Shown: in pieces, positions 22,974-34,899 of the stretch | How positions within the stretch are numbered: position 1 is the stretch's first letter | How the letters are laid out: each line of letters opens with the position of its first letter | Assembly: GCA_951406725.2 (NCBI GenBank) | Contig: OX597816.1 | Span: forward strand, 12,028,001 to 12,092,000 | Length of the DNA stretch: 64,000 bases | Direction of reading: 5' to 3' | Source: Octopus vulgaris | Lineage: Eukaryota | Position numbers and translations under genes: made by a program | The notes under the pieces: model-generated | What the model was told of the DNA's origin: nothing | Database searches by the model: none | What the model saw: the letters and a program-made list of their open reading frames with translations, nothing else

Positions 22974-23013
<40 letters not shown>

Positions 23014-23100
23014 TCATCATCATCATCTTACTCCAAGAGTGTAGTGGGTGCTTTTACGTGCCACTGGCACGAGGGCCAGTCATGTGGTACTGGCAACAGC

Positions 23101-23258
23101 AAGAAGGAGAAGGAGAAGAAGAAGAAGAAGAAGAAGAAGAAGAAGAAGAAGAAGAAGAAGAAGAAGGAATAGGAGGAGGAGGAGGAGAAGGAGAAGAAAA
23201 AGGGGAAGGAGAAGAAGAAGAAGAAAGAGGAGGAGAAGGAGGGGAGAAGATGAAGAAG
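23101..23258. repeat. (GAA)n/(GGA)n polypurine microsatellite
   Basis: Direct inspection. Confidence 0.95.
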
Positions 23259-23885
23259 AATGCTGTGGAAACTTAACTTCCAGCACCAAATGCATTGAGC
23301 AAAATGGTAAATCTCTTAGTCATAGACACAGCACATAGGAACAAGCAGTCTTTTATTGATAGCTCGTTGTTACCGTATTGATTAGTGCAGACATGGCTTT
23401 CTCAAATAATATCTGGTTTGTTTCAACAATGATCTTGACAAAAATAATTATTCATCTTGTGTAACAGCCTGGCTTAATGTAGCTCACCTTCTGTGAGTTG
23501 GATAGGATTAGTATGTCCAGCACCAACTGACAGTTGCTAAATCTGCTTCTTCGGTGATATTCCAGAAATGTTTGTTTAACCAATAACGCTTATCAGACTT
23601 ATCAGCATAAACATTAGCAATCTCACACCACTCCCAAGTTTCACTTTCACTCTCTCGCCTAACTCTTTACCTCTCTCTTTCTCTTTATATATATATGGGC
23701 ATACACACACACATATATATATACATATATACACACACATATATATACATATGTACATATGTATAATCTATCTATATATATAGATATATATATATACATA
23801 CATATATATATATATATAAATATATATATGTACACATACATACATATATCTATATATGTACACAAGCATACATATATATACATGT

Positions 23886-23920
<35 letters not shown>

Positions 23921-24062
23921 CTCACAAACATATACACACACATATATACATGTATGTATACGTATATATACCCACACACACATACATACATATACACATA
24001 TATTTATATATATATGCATACACATTTGTGTGTGTATATATATATATGTGTATATATACATG

Positions 24063-24093
<31 letters not shown>

Positions 24094-24102
24094 GTATATA
24101 TG

Positions 24103-24150
<48 letters not shown>

Positions 24151-25049
24151 CCTATATATATATCTTCATATTGCCTTTATTAGATCAAAACTATTTTTAG
24201 AAACCTAAACTGTAAAGGTACATTAATAATTTAAGCATTTTACCGTGAATTACTCAAGTGAAGAAAGGTGAAAGTCATTATTACGCATCTTATTTTAGTC
24301 GTTTAATAGCCTCTGATAAAAACCCATAGTTATAACCAATAAACATATGTCTGATTGGTTGTTACTGAAACATTTCAATAGACAGAGAGAAAAACCAACA
24401 AATCCTTTTGTCCAACCAAACTAAAATACTATCGAGAAAAATGTCCAGCTATTAATGTCATTATTTTATTATATCTATATATTATCTCGACTTTTTAATT
24501 GATTATTTCCTTGTCTATCTGATTTGTTTCAATTAGTGATATAGGTAATATAATTTAGGTAAAGTTCTGTGACAGTAGTAGAAGAACAATAGCTAATTGG
24601 ATAACGATTGTACGAGTTTTATGTTGGACAACAAGATTTTATTTATTCTAAAATGGTATTTTAAATTATGTTTTATGTCTTTTTTTATATTGTTTGGTTT
24701 GGTTTCGTTTGGTTTTGAGTTGGAATTTGTCAATGATTGGAATATATGATTGTTTTGCAGTCCTGCCTTTAAGTCTTGTTTAAGTGGATTGAAATTTTTT
24801 CAAGCAATGAAAAGAAAAAAAAAAGACAGTGAATCTGTAATACTTTTGGAAAGAAAAGGAATTTGTAAAGAAAGAAACATTTTTGTTTGCATAAACTATA
24901 CAATGGAATCATTTGAATTAGAATCACCACCTGTACACCAAACTTTATATATAAAGCACCATTGAAAGGAGTGATGCCATTTGAGAATAGAATCTCTTCA
25001 TACACATGGTGTTTTCAAAACTCAATGCATGTCAGAGTAAGCATCCTAC

Positions 25050-25750
25050 AATTCATTGGTGTAAATTTGTTACGGACAATACACAGCCAATCATTTTAAT
25101 TTAACACCGATTCAATTGCATACACTGAATTTTATTCAGCTTGGAAAGCTTTCTGCAATATCAGTGAATGTTTTATTCACAGTGAACTTTTTTTTTATCA
25201 AAGCACAAATTCCATCTACACAAGTGAAAACAGATATATGTCATTGACAGGACCCAAGAAGGTGAAAATGTGTCTAAAATTCTTGTGATGTTTACATCCT
25301 CTGATATATATTGTTCTTAACACAAAATGTCTATGAAAACACTTTCTCTCAGTCAAAAGCCACAGAATCATGCCATTTAATGGCGTATATAAATTAAGTG
25401 TGGTACACGAATGGTTATTTTGATTTAATACAGTTTTCATTGCACTTACTGAGTCTTTTAAAGCCCAGGAAGCTTTTTGAGATATCAGTGAATCTATTAT
25501 TCACTGTTTCCTATATATTGAAAGGAATTAATTTTGTTTAAGCATGTAATAAGTGAGTACAAATAATTGCCCTGGTCCAAAAAGGCCAAAACATCTGGCA
25601 TTCTTGTGAAGTATTGCTGAGATGATGCTAACCTCACTTCGATATATATACTGTTCTTTTAACACATGTTATTAAAGAGATTTTCTCTCAAACAAAACCA
25701 GAGTATCATGCCTCCTGGTGTATGTTATACAAATGGCTATTTTAAAAACT
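25050..25750. repeat. Old diverged tandem duplication, period ~325-360 bp
   Basis: AAAGCTTTCTGCAATATCAGTGAATGTTTTATTCACAG (25145) vs GAAGCTTTTTGAGATATCAGTGAATCTATTATTCACTG (25469); GATATATATTGTTCTTAACACA..TTTCTCTCA..CAGAATCATGCC (25303) vs GATATATATACTGTTCTTTTAACACA..TTTTCTCTCA..AGTATCATGCC (25641). Confidence 0.7.
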
Positions 25751-26151
25751 TTAGTGTAACCATTTCTAATTTGGCTCCTCTGATAAAACCATCAAGAGAA
25801 ATGATAACAGCTAATTAACCCTGTACCCGCCATACACTCAGGTTTACTTAATCTGCAGCAAAATACCTCCACCAAAAAAAAGAGTCAGTCAAGCAAAATA
25901 TCATTATTGTTACTTCTATTATCATCAATCCTCATCATCGTCTTGATGTCCACTTTTCCATGCTTTCATGGGTCAGATGGAATTGACTGAAGCAAAATTT
26001 CTGCAGCCAGATGCCCCTTCAGTCACCAACCTTTGTTTTCAAGCAAGATAATATATTCCTGTGGCCTGACATGTTTTGTGGAAGACTTGAAATGAATGAC
26101 ATCACTTGCATAATGGTGATGCTCTTTTACATCCGGTATATGTTAACAAGG

Positions 26152-26390
26152 GAGAGGCGGCGAGCTGGCAGAAACGTTAGCGCGCCAGGTGAAATGCTTA
26201 GCGGTATTTTATCTGTTGTTACATTCTGAGTTCAAATTCCGTCGAGGTCAACTTTGCCTTTCATCCTCTTGGGGTCGATAAATAAAGTACCAGTTTCACA
26301 CTGGGTCGATGTAATTGACTTAACCCGTTTGTCTGTCCTTATTTGTCCCCTCTATGTTTAGCCCCTTGTGGGTAGTAAAGAAATATATAT
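26152..26390 (+). mobile_element. SINE family B, tail type 2
   Basis: GGCGGCGAGCTGGCAGAAACGTTAGC head; tail GTTTGTCTGTCCTT..AGCCCCTTGTGGGTAGTAAAGAAATA. Same type at 27350-27585, 35590-35930(-, rearranged), 50205-50440 and 59981-60210. Confidence 0.85.
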
Positions 26391-26639
26391 GTTAATAAGG
26401 GATCACACACACACACACACACAAACAAATTAGATAGCACTGGCAATCTAGTCACAGTGCATCCGACTCTAAAAATAATTGTAGGAGGTAGAAGATTCTG
26501 AAACACAGAAATTGGGGCAGTTCTACGATATTAGGTTTGAGAAATTATGATGTGTATAGTGAAGAATAAAATACTGTTTGCAGCCAGAAAAATCTGAAAA
26601 GTCACTGAAACACTAAGAAAATTTAAGAACAAAAGTAAA

Positions 26640-27230
26640 ATCCACAGGAAAAACAGTTGGAAAGTGAAGGAATAACATGGCCAGTTCATGCAATAATCTG
26701 AGGATCATAGAAGTAAAGAACACAGATTAAGGTGGACAGATGTAAACCTGAAACCAGAAACTTAATTACTAATTATAGCTGCTCAAGAACAAGCTATTAG
26801 TACAAGCTTGATGGAAACACACACTGATAAAACTCAGTCAGAAAGTAAATGCAAATTCTGTGAGAAACAATATGAAAATATTAACCATCTCTTAAGTGAA
26901 TGCAGTAGTGTAGCACAAAAAGAGTATAAGCACAGGCATAACTGTGTCAGTAGAAGAGTGCATTGGGATGTAAGTCAACTATGTAAATTTGAATGACAGA
27001 AAAGTGACATGAACATGAGCTAGAGGCTATAATGATGATTGATAATCACATTATCTTATGGGATTTCTCTATAAAGACTAGTCATACTATTCAATCAAGG
27101 AGAAACAGATATGATTATAGAGGTTCAAAAAGAAAAGCCTTGTAAGATATCAGAGACTTTGCCATACCATTCGATAATAGAGTGGCTGTCAAAGAAATTG
27201 AGAAAAGTGAAAAATATCAGGACATATACA
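26640..27230 (+). mobile_element. Decayed Dong/R4-clade non-LTR retrotransposon fragment (CCHC knuckle and RLE endonuclease)
   Basis: W..K..HGQF, LKPET*LLIIAAQEQAIST, CKFC..ENINHLLSEC..AQKEYKHRHNCV..VHWD, ILWDFSIKT, DFAIPFDNRVAVKEIEKSEKYQD, with stops and frameshifts. Confidence 0.85.
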
Positions 27231-27639
27231 CAGCATGCTAATTTCAGTTATATGTAATTGTACAGCTGTCATACATCTATTTACTGTATATTCTTACTGT
27301 ATATTGTTCATCTCTATCACCTCTCAGCATCAATTTCCATTATGTTATCACTGTGCGAGCTGGCAGAAACGTTAGCACGCCGGACGAAATGCTTAACGAT
27401 ATTTTGTCTGCCGTTACGTTCTGAGTTCAAATTCCACCGAGGTCAACATTGCCGTTCATCCTTTCGGGGGTCGATAAATTAAGTACCAGTTACGCACTGG
27501 GGTCGATGTAATCGACTTAATCCCTCTGTCTGTCCTTGTTTGTCCCCTCTGAGTTTAGCCTCTTGTGGGTAGTAAAGAAATAGGTATATACATGTTCCTT
27601 TGAAAATAAGAGGTGTGAGTTTGATTTCCATGTGTAGCG

Positions 27640-28275
27640 CTGGGCCGATGTCAATGTTGGGCCAATGCCATTACTGGTGGCACATAAAAGGCACCATTCA
27701 AGAGCAATCGATGCCAGTAGGGCTTGACTGGCTCCTGTACTGGTGGCACATAAAAAGCACCATTTGAGTGTGGCCGCTGCCAGAGCTGCATGACTGGCTC
27801 TTATGCTGGTGGCACATAAAAACCACCATTCAAGCAAGGTCGATGCCTGTGCCACCTGAGTGGTTCCTGTGCCAGTGACATGTAAAATGTACCATTCGAG
27901 CCTGGCCAATGCCAGAGCTGCCTGACTGGCTCCTGTACCGGTGGCGCAAAAAAATCACCCATTGAGCATGGTCAATGCTAGTGCCACCTGACAGGCTCCC
28001 ATATCGATGGAACTTAAAAAGCACCATTTGAGCATGGTCAATGCCAGTGCTGCCTGACTGGCCCCCATGCTGGTGTCGTGTAAAAAGCACCTACTACACA
28101 ATCAGAGTGGTTAGCGTTAGGAAGGGCATCCAGCTGTAGAAACCTTGCCAGATCAGATTAGAGCTAGGTGCAGCTTCCTGGCTTGCCAGTCCTCAGTCAA
28201 ACCGTCCAACCCCTGCCAGCATGAAAAGTCGACGTTAACCGACTTTGATGATGAGGATGATGAAGATGATGATGA
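27640..28275 (+). mobile_element. SINE-like family D carrying seven 66-bp tandem modules
   Basis: GGTGGCAC-like anchors at 27676, 27742, 27808, 27874, 27940, 28006 and 28072, then the standard tail and (GAT)n. Confidence 0.9.
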
Positions 28276-28677
28276 TTAATGCCCATTTTTCTGACATTGG
28301 TTTGTAAGCCCCAATATTAGACTACTTCCTATAGTCAATATATGGTGAAAACTTATAATTGTATTTACCAAAAAATTTTCACTTACCACCATTTCCCAGC
28401 TTATACACACACACACACACACACACACAACACACACACACACACGCACACGCATGCATATATGTATGTGTGTGAGTGTGGCATATTTAATTGCATGATG
28501 AGAGGATCCAGAATCCAATAAACAATTCAATGCATTTAGAATATAGAGCATATTAAATTTGTTAACAATATTTTGTGAGTTGCAACCTTGTTTTTCTATT
28601 TTAAGCTCATCCGAAATATTTCTGGAGTGTAATAAAATTGCAAAGCAAGCCTGAAGGTTGCAAGGTATTGCTTTACA

Positions 28678-28715
<38 letters not shown>

Positions 28716-29289
28716 TATATGTATATAAATATAAATTAGAAAAAAACCACCTTTTATCAATTCAATAATGAAAAATTAAATTATACCATCTAGAAAATTA
28801 CATATTATAGAAAAATTAAATATAAGATAAAACATATAACGATGATTAAGTAATGTGCAAAATAATAAGTAAAACATATATATTTGGTAGAGTAACAACA
28901 CGTGTTTTATATATATAGATATATATATATATATGTACATATATATTTTTCTTTTTTAACGTTTAATGTCTGTTTTCCATGCTGACATGGGTTGGACTAA
29001 AGGCGGTGCTCCAGCATGGCCGCAGTCAAATGACTGAAACAAGTAAAAGAGTAGATAATATTAAGGTGGCACATATTGAACTAAATGCCTCATGGCACTT
29101 CTTTCGCCTCTTTACATTCTGAGTTCAAATTCTGTCGAGTTCAACTGTTCCTTTCATCCCTTTGAGTTGAAAAATTTCCAGTGAAATACTGGGATTAATT
29201 AAATAACTTACCAACTTCCCCTAAAATTGCTGGCCTTGTGCAAAAATTTCAAAGAATTATAATCATTTTTATTATTATTCATATACACG

Positions 29290-29697
29290 CAACAGAATCA
29301 GACTATTGGAAAAGAAAACTTCCTAACATCCAGCTACAACAAGGAAACTTAGATGCCAAGAACTCTCCTAAGTGTCTTCACAGTTCCTAATAACACTGTT
29401 CTTTGGAGCTGTACTAAACCTGGTTTTATGCCTATTCCCTCTAACCATTTGTTCAGACTTTTAGGGATAGGTCCCAATGCACCTATAACTACTGGGATAC
29501 ATTTTACCTGCACTTTCCATAGTCTCTGTAATTCAATGGTTAGGTCCTGGTACTTTGCTATTTCTTCAATACTTCTCATATTGATTCGTTCATCATTTGG
29601 GACTGTAAAGTCAATCATCTAGCAATTTCTATTGTCTTAATCTACTACTACCAAATCAGGCCTTCTAGCTTCTATTACTCTGTTAATCTGAATGTTG
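29290..29697 (-). mobile_element. Dong/R4-clade LINE 3' end (RLE domain), next to (TAA)n
   Basis: IQINRVIEARRPDLVVVD..MIDFTVPNDERI..KYQDLTIELQRLWKVQVKCIPVVIGALG..LQRTVLLGTVKTLRRVLGI* (PD..D RLE motif). (TTA)n at 29698-29762. Confidence 0.9.
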
Positions 29698-29704
29698 TTA
29701 TTGC

Positions 29705-29753
<49 letters not shown>

Positions 29754-29904
29754 GTTGTTGTTATCAATATTGTATGTTTGACTTTTTGCTTTGTATTTGT
29801 ACAAGTTGACTCCAAGTCTCACCCAGAGACCTCAAGAGACAACAAATTAGAACTTCAAGTTGGTGTTATGCCTAAGGTGCCATATATTTGGTTTTGCACA
29901 AAGC

Positions 29905-30236
29905 CTCCTTCTCCTCCTCCTCCTCATTCTTCTTCTTCTTCTTCTTCTTCTTCTTCTTCTTCTTCTTCTTCTTCTTCTTCTTCTTCTTCTTCTTCTTCTT
30001 CTTCTTCTTCTTCTTCTTCTTCTTCTTCTTCTTCACCTTCTTCTTCTTCTTCTTCTTCACCTTCTTCTTCTTCTTCTTCTTCTTCTTCTTCTTCTTCTTC
30101 TCCTTCTTCTTCTTCACCTTGTTCACCTTCTTCTTCTTCTTCTTCTCCTTCTTCTTCTTCACCTTGTTCACCTTCTTCTTCTTCTTCTTCTTCTTCTTCA
30201 TCATCATCATCATCTTCTTCTTCTTCTTCTTCTTCA
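29905..30236. repeat. ~330-bp (TTC)n polypyrimidine tract
   Basis: Direct inspection. Confidence 0.95.
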
Positions 30237-30499
30237 TGTCTCTTATTCCAAGACAGTATTATCATTACCATTATTTTTTAAGGTGGCAAAATACTCAACC
30301 GTATTTCATCTGCCACTACGTTCTGAGTTCAAATTCCGCCAAGGTCAGCTTTGCCTTTCATCCTTTCAGAGTCAATTAAATAAGTACCAGTTATGCACTA
30401 GGGTCAATGTAATCAACTTACTCCCCTCCCCACAAATTTCCAGCCTTGTGCCTATAATAGAAAGGATTATCATCACCACCGTCATCATCATCATCATCC

Positions 30500-30530
<31 letters not shown>

Positions 30531-33419
30531 CAACATCATCATCATCATGTTTGGATTTTCTGGTGGAAACCTGGTAGAATCCCTACCATGCCAAACAAAA
30601 TGCTTAAAGTGACAATTTATTCCTCTTTACATTCTGGGTTCAAATTTTGTTGAGGTCGACTTTGCCTTTCATCCTTCTGCAACCATTCAAATAAAGTACT
30701 GGTCAAATACTGGGGTCAATGCAATTGACTTGCATTTCCACCCCCTAAAATCCCTAGCCTTGTACCTAAATTTGAAACTCTTATTAGCAGGTCATGTGCC
30801 AATGCACAATCATTCTTGCTGGTTTGCCCTCAAATGGATTGTGGATGAGGATATGGATGTTGGTGCTTTCACAATTTTTATAACGATCCTGTTGTTGCTA
30901 TTACGAATGTAATTAGAGCTGTTATAGTTGCCATTATTGAGCGCAGTATTTTTAAGGATAGTCACGGTTGTAATCGAAATTATATTAGAGACTTTTAGGA
31001 AGGGAAACTGAAGAATTTGTTTATTGCATTTCACCTGATTAGGGTTGAACAGCAAATTGAATAACGAACCTGAGAAACTAGGTTTTTATTTGTAATCAGC
31101 AATTCTCACTTTTTACTACCGAAATTATCTTCACCTTGGTCTCTAATAACAAAACCAAGTGGCTGCACCAAGATACTGAACACCGCAATTAAAAAAAAAG
31201 ACAAATAACATACCAATTCCTTCTCTGTTTTATTTGGTCTGTATCGACAAAAATGCATTATAATTCCCAATCTCAAGAAGTAACATGAACTTTTAATGAT
31301 CTCCTTGACACAGGTCTCTCTCTTGTCTCTGCATTAAGGGCTATTTCTCCATTCTCGAATTGCACATTATCATTGACTACTTGAAAATGGTAAAGTGATA
31401 GTATGTTGTCAACTTAATGTAGCAGTCCCATGAAAGGGAATAATGCTACTGTTATTTAGCCCTAGAAAACACCGTTTCCTGTTGGACTTGATATGTTTCC
31501 TGTGTTCTTATGTCTCCCAGTTTGGGGAGACAGGTCAATTGATTTTGTTTTTTAATCAGTTTGCATTTCGGGTATCAAATTGTAAGTGTTTATACTTTTT
31601 GATTACACCTGTTTCTTTGTCATTTTCTTACATTTACTTTTTAAATACTATTTGTCATCATCATCATCATCATCATTTAACGTCCATTTTCCATGTTGGC
31701 ATGGGTTGGACAGTTTGAATGGATCTGGTAAGCCAGAGAGTCACACCAGGCCCCATTGTCTGTTTTGGCCTGGTTTTCACAGCTGGGTGCCCTTTTACAT
31801 GTCACTGGCATGGGTGTGCTTTACATATTACAAGCACAAGGGCCTTTTGCATGTTACCAGCACAGGTGCCTTAATAAATTCATTTTATAATTTTCCTGTT
31901 GTTATTCAAAAATTATTTGATTTTTCTTTTTACTGAAAGGAAGGTCATGACTCAACACTACTTCTTTTTTTGTTGACCTCTTATTTTGCCCCTCTGGTAG
32001 AAAAAAAATGCAAATGATCTTAGAAATGACCTCTCATTAGATACTTATGTGGAAAATAAAAGCAAGTAGACAATGTAATAGATTTGTTAATTTTTTAACC
32101 ACACAAGCATGGTTGTGTGATAAGGAATTTTGTTTTTTATTTTCCTTCCTAACACCAACCACTCCATGAGTGTAGTGGATACTTTTTATGTGCCACTAGC
32201 ACAGAAGCTAGAGGAGGCTGGCAAATGGCTACAATCAGTTGGTGCTTTTTACGTATTACCAACATGGAAGCCAGTCAGGCGGCACTGGCATCATCCATGT
32301 ACGGATGGTGCTTTTTGTGGTTTCAAGCTCAGCATCTTGGGCAAGTATCTTAACCAAAGCCTTGTGAATAGTTTTGAAAGACTGAAACTGAAAGAAGTCA
32401 TCATTGATATATGTAAATGTGTATGCGTGTATGTATGCGCATGGGTATTTGTTTCTCTTTGTCTTAACATCATGCTAGCATTGTGAATATTGCCATCATA
32501 CACGTTTGTTTCCAATCTTCCATGAAAACATGTCCGGTCATGAGGAAATATCTTCTTGCTTGGTGACAAAAAATGCATCCAGCTGTAGCAAATCTTATTC
32601 AATGAATTGCATCTGACTCATGCAAGCATGGAAAAGTGGATGCTAAAACGATTATTACTCTAAAATCAGGAAGCTGAGCGTTTTGTTTTGATCTGAACAG
32701 CGTTCGCACATGAACTATTTAAGATCAAAGCAATTGACTGAACTTTTAAAATAAAAATATTTTTATTTGCGTCACTTCAAGGAGAATGATATGAACTACA
32801 ACATGCTTTAAGAAAAATAACCTGTTGACAGTATTTTAAAAACATTTAAATGTTAAAACTTAATCATAAACATAAGTATTGATTTTTAAAATTTTAGCTA
32901 TGGATAAATATGTCATCCTTGATATACACTGCATAAAAAAATATGTAAAAATTACAATAAAAACAAAAAAAGATATAGATACTCAGAGACAGGTTGGTCA
33001 CAGTTTGAGTGACTTTGATCATAAATCTGACCAATCAGGGCTCACAATGCAGCTTTAAACAACACAAACAAGACCAACATTTTAAAAATCTGCATTCAAT
33101 AAATGATAATTCTTCTTTCTAAATATTCAATTTTTTCTTTTTTTTTTTTGATTGATGTGTGTAAATAAAATCTACAGAACTAAATCTCGACTTTTAATAA
33201 CTAAATTTTTAATTTCTTTAATCTAGTGATACAAAAAAAATAATCATTAGCAAAAATATTATATAATTACATACATAGGTGCAGATGTGGCTGTTTGGTA
33301 TGAAGTTTGATTTTCAACCATATGGTTCTGGGTTCAGTCCCACTGCATGGCACCTTGAGCAAATGTCTTCTATTCTAACCTTGGGCTGGCTAAAACCATG
33401 TGAGTAAAGAAGCTTATTG

Positions 33420-33469
<50 letters not shown>

Positions 33470-33499
33470 TACACATATATATACAGATGAGTATGGTAC

Positions 33500-33763
33500 T
33501 TAAGTTAAATTTATATTGACAATGTTCAATTTAAAAATGGAATAAGTATAAAAAATGAACATTGTCAATTTAATTTAAAAAATTCCATATGTGGCTGAAG
33601 AGTGCTCTACATTTTAAAACTGATGTAATACTTACATTGTTTAATTAAATGAAGTAGCATGAAATGATTGTACTACACTACCTTTGGATATACTTGTTGC
33701 TTATTTTGATTCTAATCACCCCATTTGATTTATATGGATAATACCATACCAAATACTGGTGCC

Positions 33764-33772
<9 letters not shown>
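33500..33772 (+). mobile_element. Penelope-like short element: 5' fold-back (33505-33577), hammerhead, TA tail
   Basis: Inverted arms ATTGACAATGTTCA/TGAACATTGTCAAT. The 3' motif TCACCCCATTTGATTTATA resembles the H3 end TCACCCTCATTTTGATTTA. Confidence 0.65.
33590..33677 (+). ncRNA. Type-I hammerhead ribozyme motif with long stem II
   Basis: UGUGG-CUGAAGA-GUGCU..AGCAU-GAAA-UGAUU-GUA-CUACA. Stem I UGUGG/CUACA; stem III AUGAUUGU is CpG-decayed ACGAUCGU. Confidence 0.75.
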
Positions 33773-33798
<26 letters not shown>

Positions 33799-34102
33799 TT
33801 CGATACTTCATGAGTGTAGCCTCACTCCCTAGGATGTTTGGAAAACTCATATGTGTTTTAGCTGATGAATACAGGACACTTGTATTTGCTACAATATTTG
33901 CAGCTTTTAATAAAGCTGTTCTTTGTATGAAACAATTGTACTGAACAACTAATCCATTCTTGTTTATAATCACCCCACATTATCTTATGGTTAATACCAT
34001 AAAGATTTCTGGTGCATCTAAGTTAAGTACCGCATTCATGTGAATTCACTGGAACTCACTTGAATCTTAAATGTTTTTACTGAATATATATATATATATA
34101 TG

Positions 34103-34148
<46 letters not shown>

Positions 34149-34558
34149 AAAACAGAAAATGTTTTCCTTTGAATGTTGATTGATAAACTAGTATATTTTT
34201 TGTCAGTACCTATCATTTATGAGCATTAATACCAATGCTCATGATTAAATATAGGTAATACATCAGTGGATTCAGGAGATACAAGTTGTTCCTTAGACGG
34301 TTGTTATAGCCTCTTACTTAACTCGCCTATATATATATATATATGTAGGCGCAGGAGTAGCTGTGTGGTAAGTAGCTTGCTTACCAACCACGTGCTTCTG
34401 TGACGTTGCAACTCATTTCTACAGCTGAGTGAACTGGAACAACATGAAATAAAGTGTCTTGTTCAAGAACACAACACGCAGCCCGGTCCAGGAATCGAAC
34501 TCACAACCTCACGATCGTAAGCTCGATGCTCTAACCCCCTGAGTCATGTGGGAAGTAG

Positions 34559-34728
34559 GAGATACAAATAAGATAACAAGTTATTTTCAACTGTATAAAC
34601 GCTGATAAAACAGCAGAGATTGGATAAGATATCCACACGAAACAGAAAAATTTTTCCGCTTTGTGTGGATATCTTATCCAATCTCTGCTGTTTTATCAGC
34701 ATTTATGCATTTATCTTATTTGTATCTC
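34559..34728. repeat. Fold-back inverted repeat
   Basis: GAGATACAAATAAGATAA..GCTGATAAAACAGCAGAGATTGGATAAGATATCCACAC pairs with GTGTGGATATCTTATCCAATCTCTGCTGTTTTATCAGC..TTATCTTATTTGTATCTC. Confidence 0.95.
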
Positions 34729-34899
34729 ACAATACACATTTCAATGCTTCTAAAACAAACATTGGTTTGTTTACATTTATCGTGATAATAGCTGAAGTGG
34801 TTTATATGATTGGAAATATAATTTCAAAGATTCCATAGCGAGGATTTGATCAAAAGCTTTGCAATTAAAGAAATTAGAAGAAAACTTTACAAATATACT

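Noticed and set aside
27640-28091. CRISPR-like regular array
   Set aside because: The entire 66-bp unit is repeated with no unique spacers, there are no cas genes, and the context is eukaryotic.
33860-33890. CTGATGA followed by a hairpin
   Set aside because: No GAAA after the stem.
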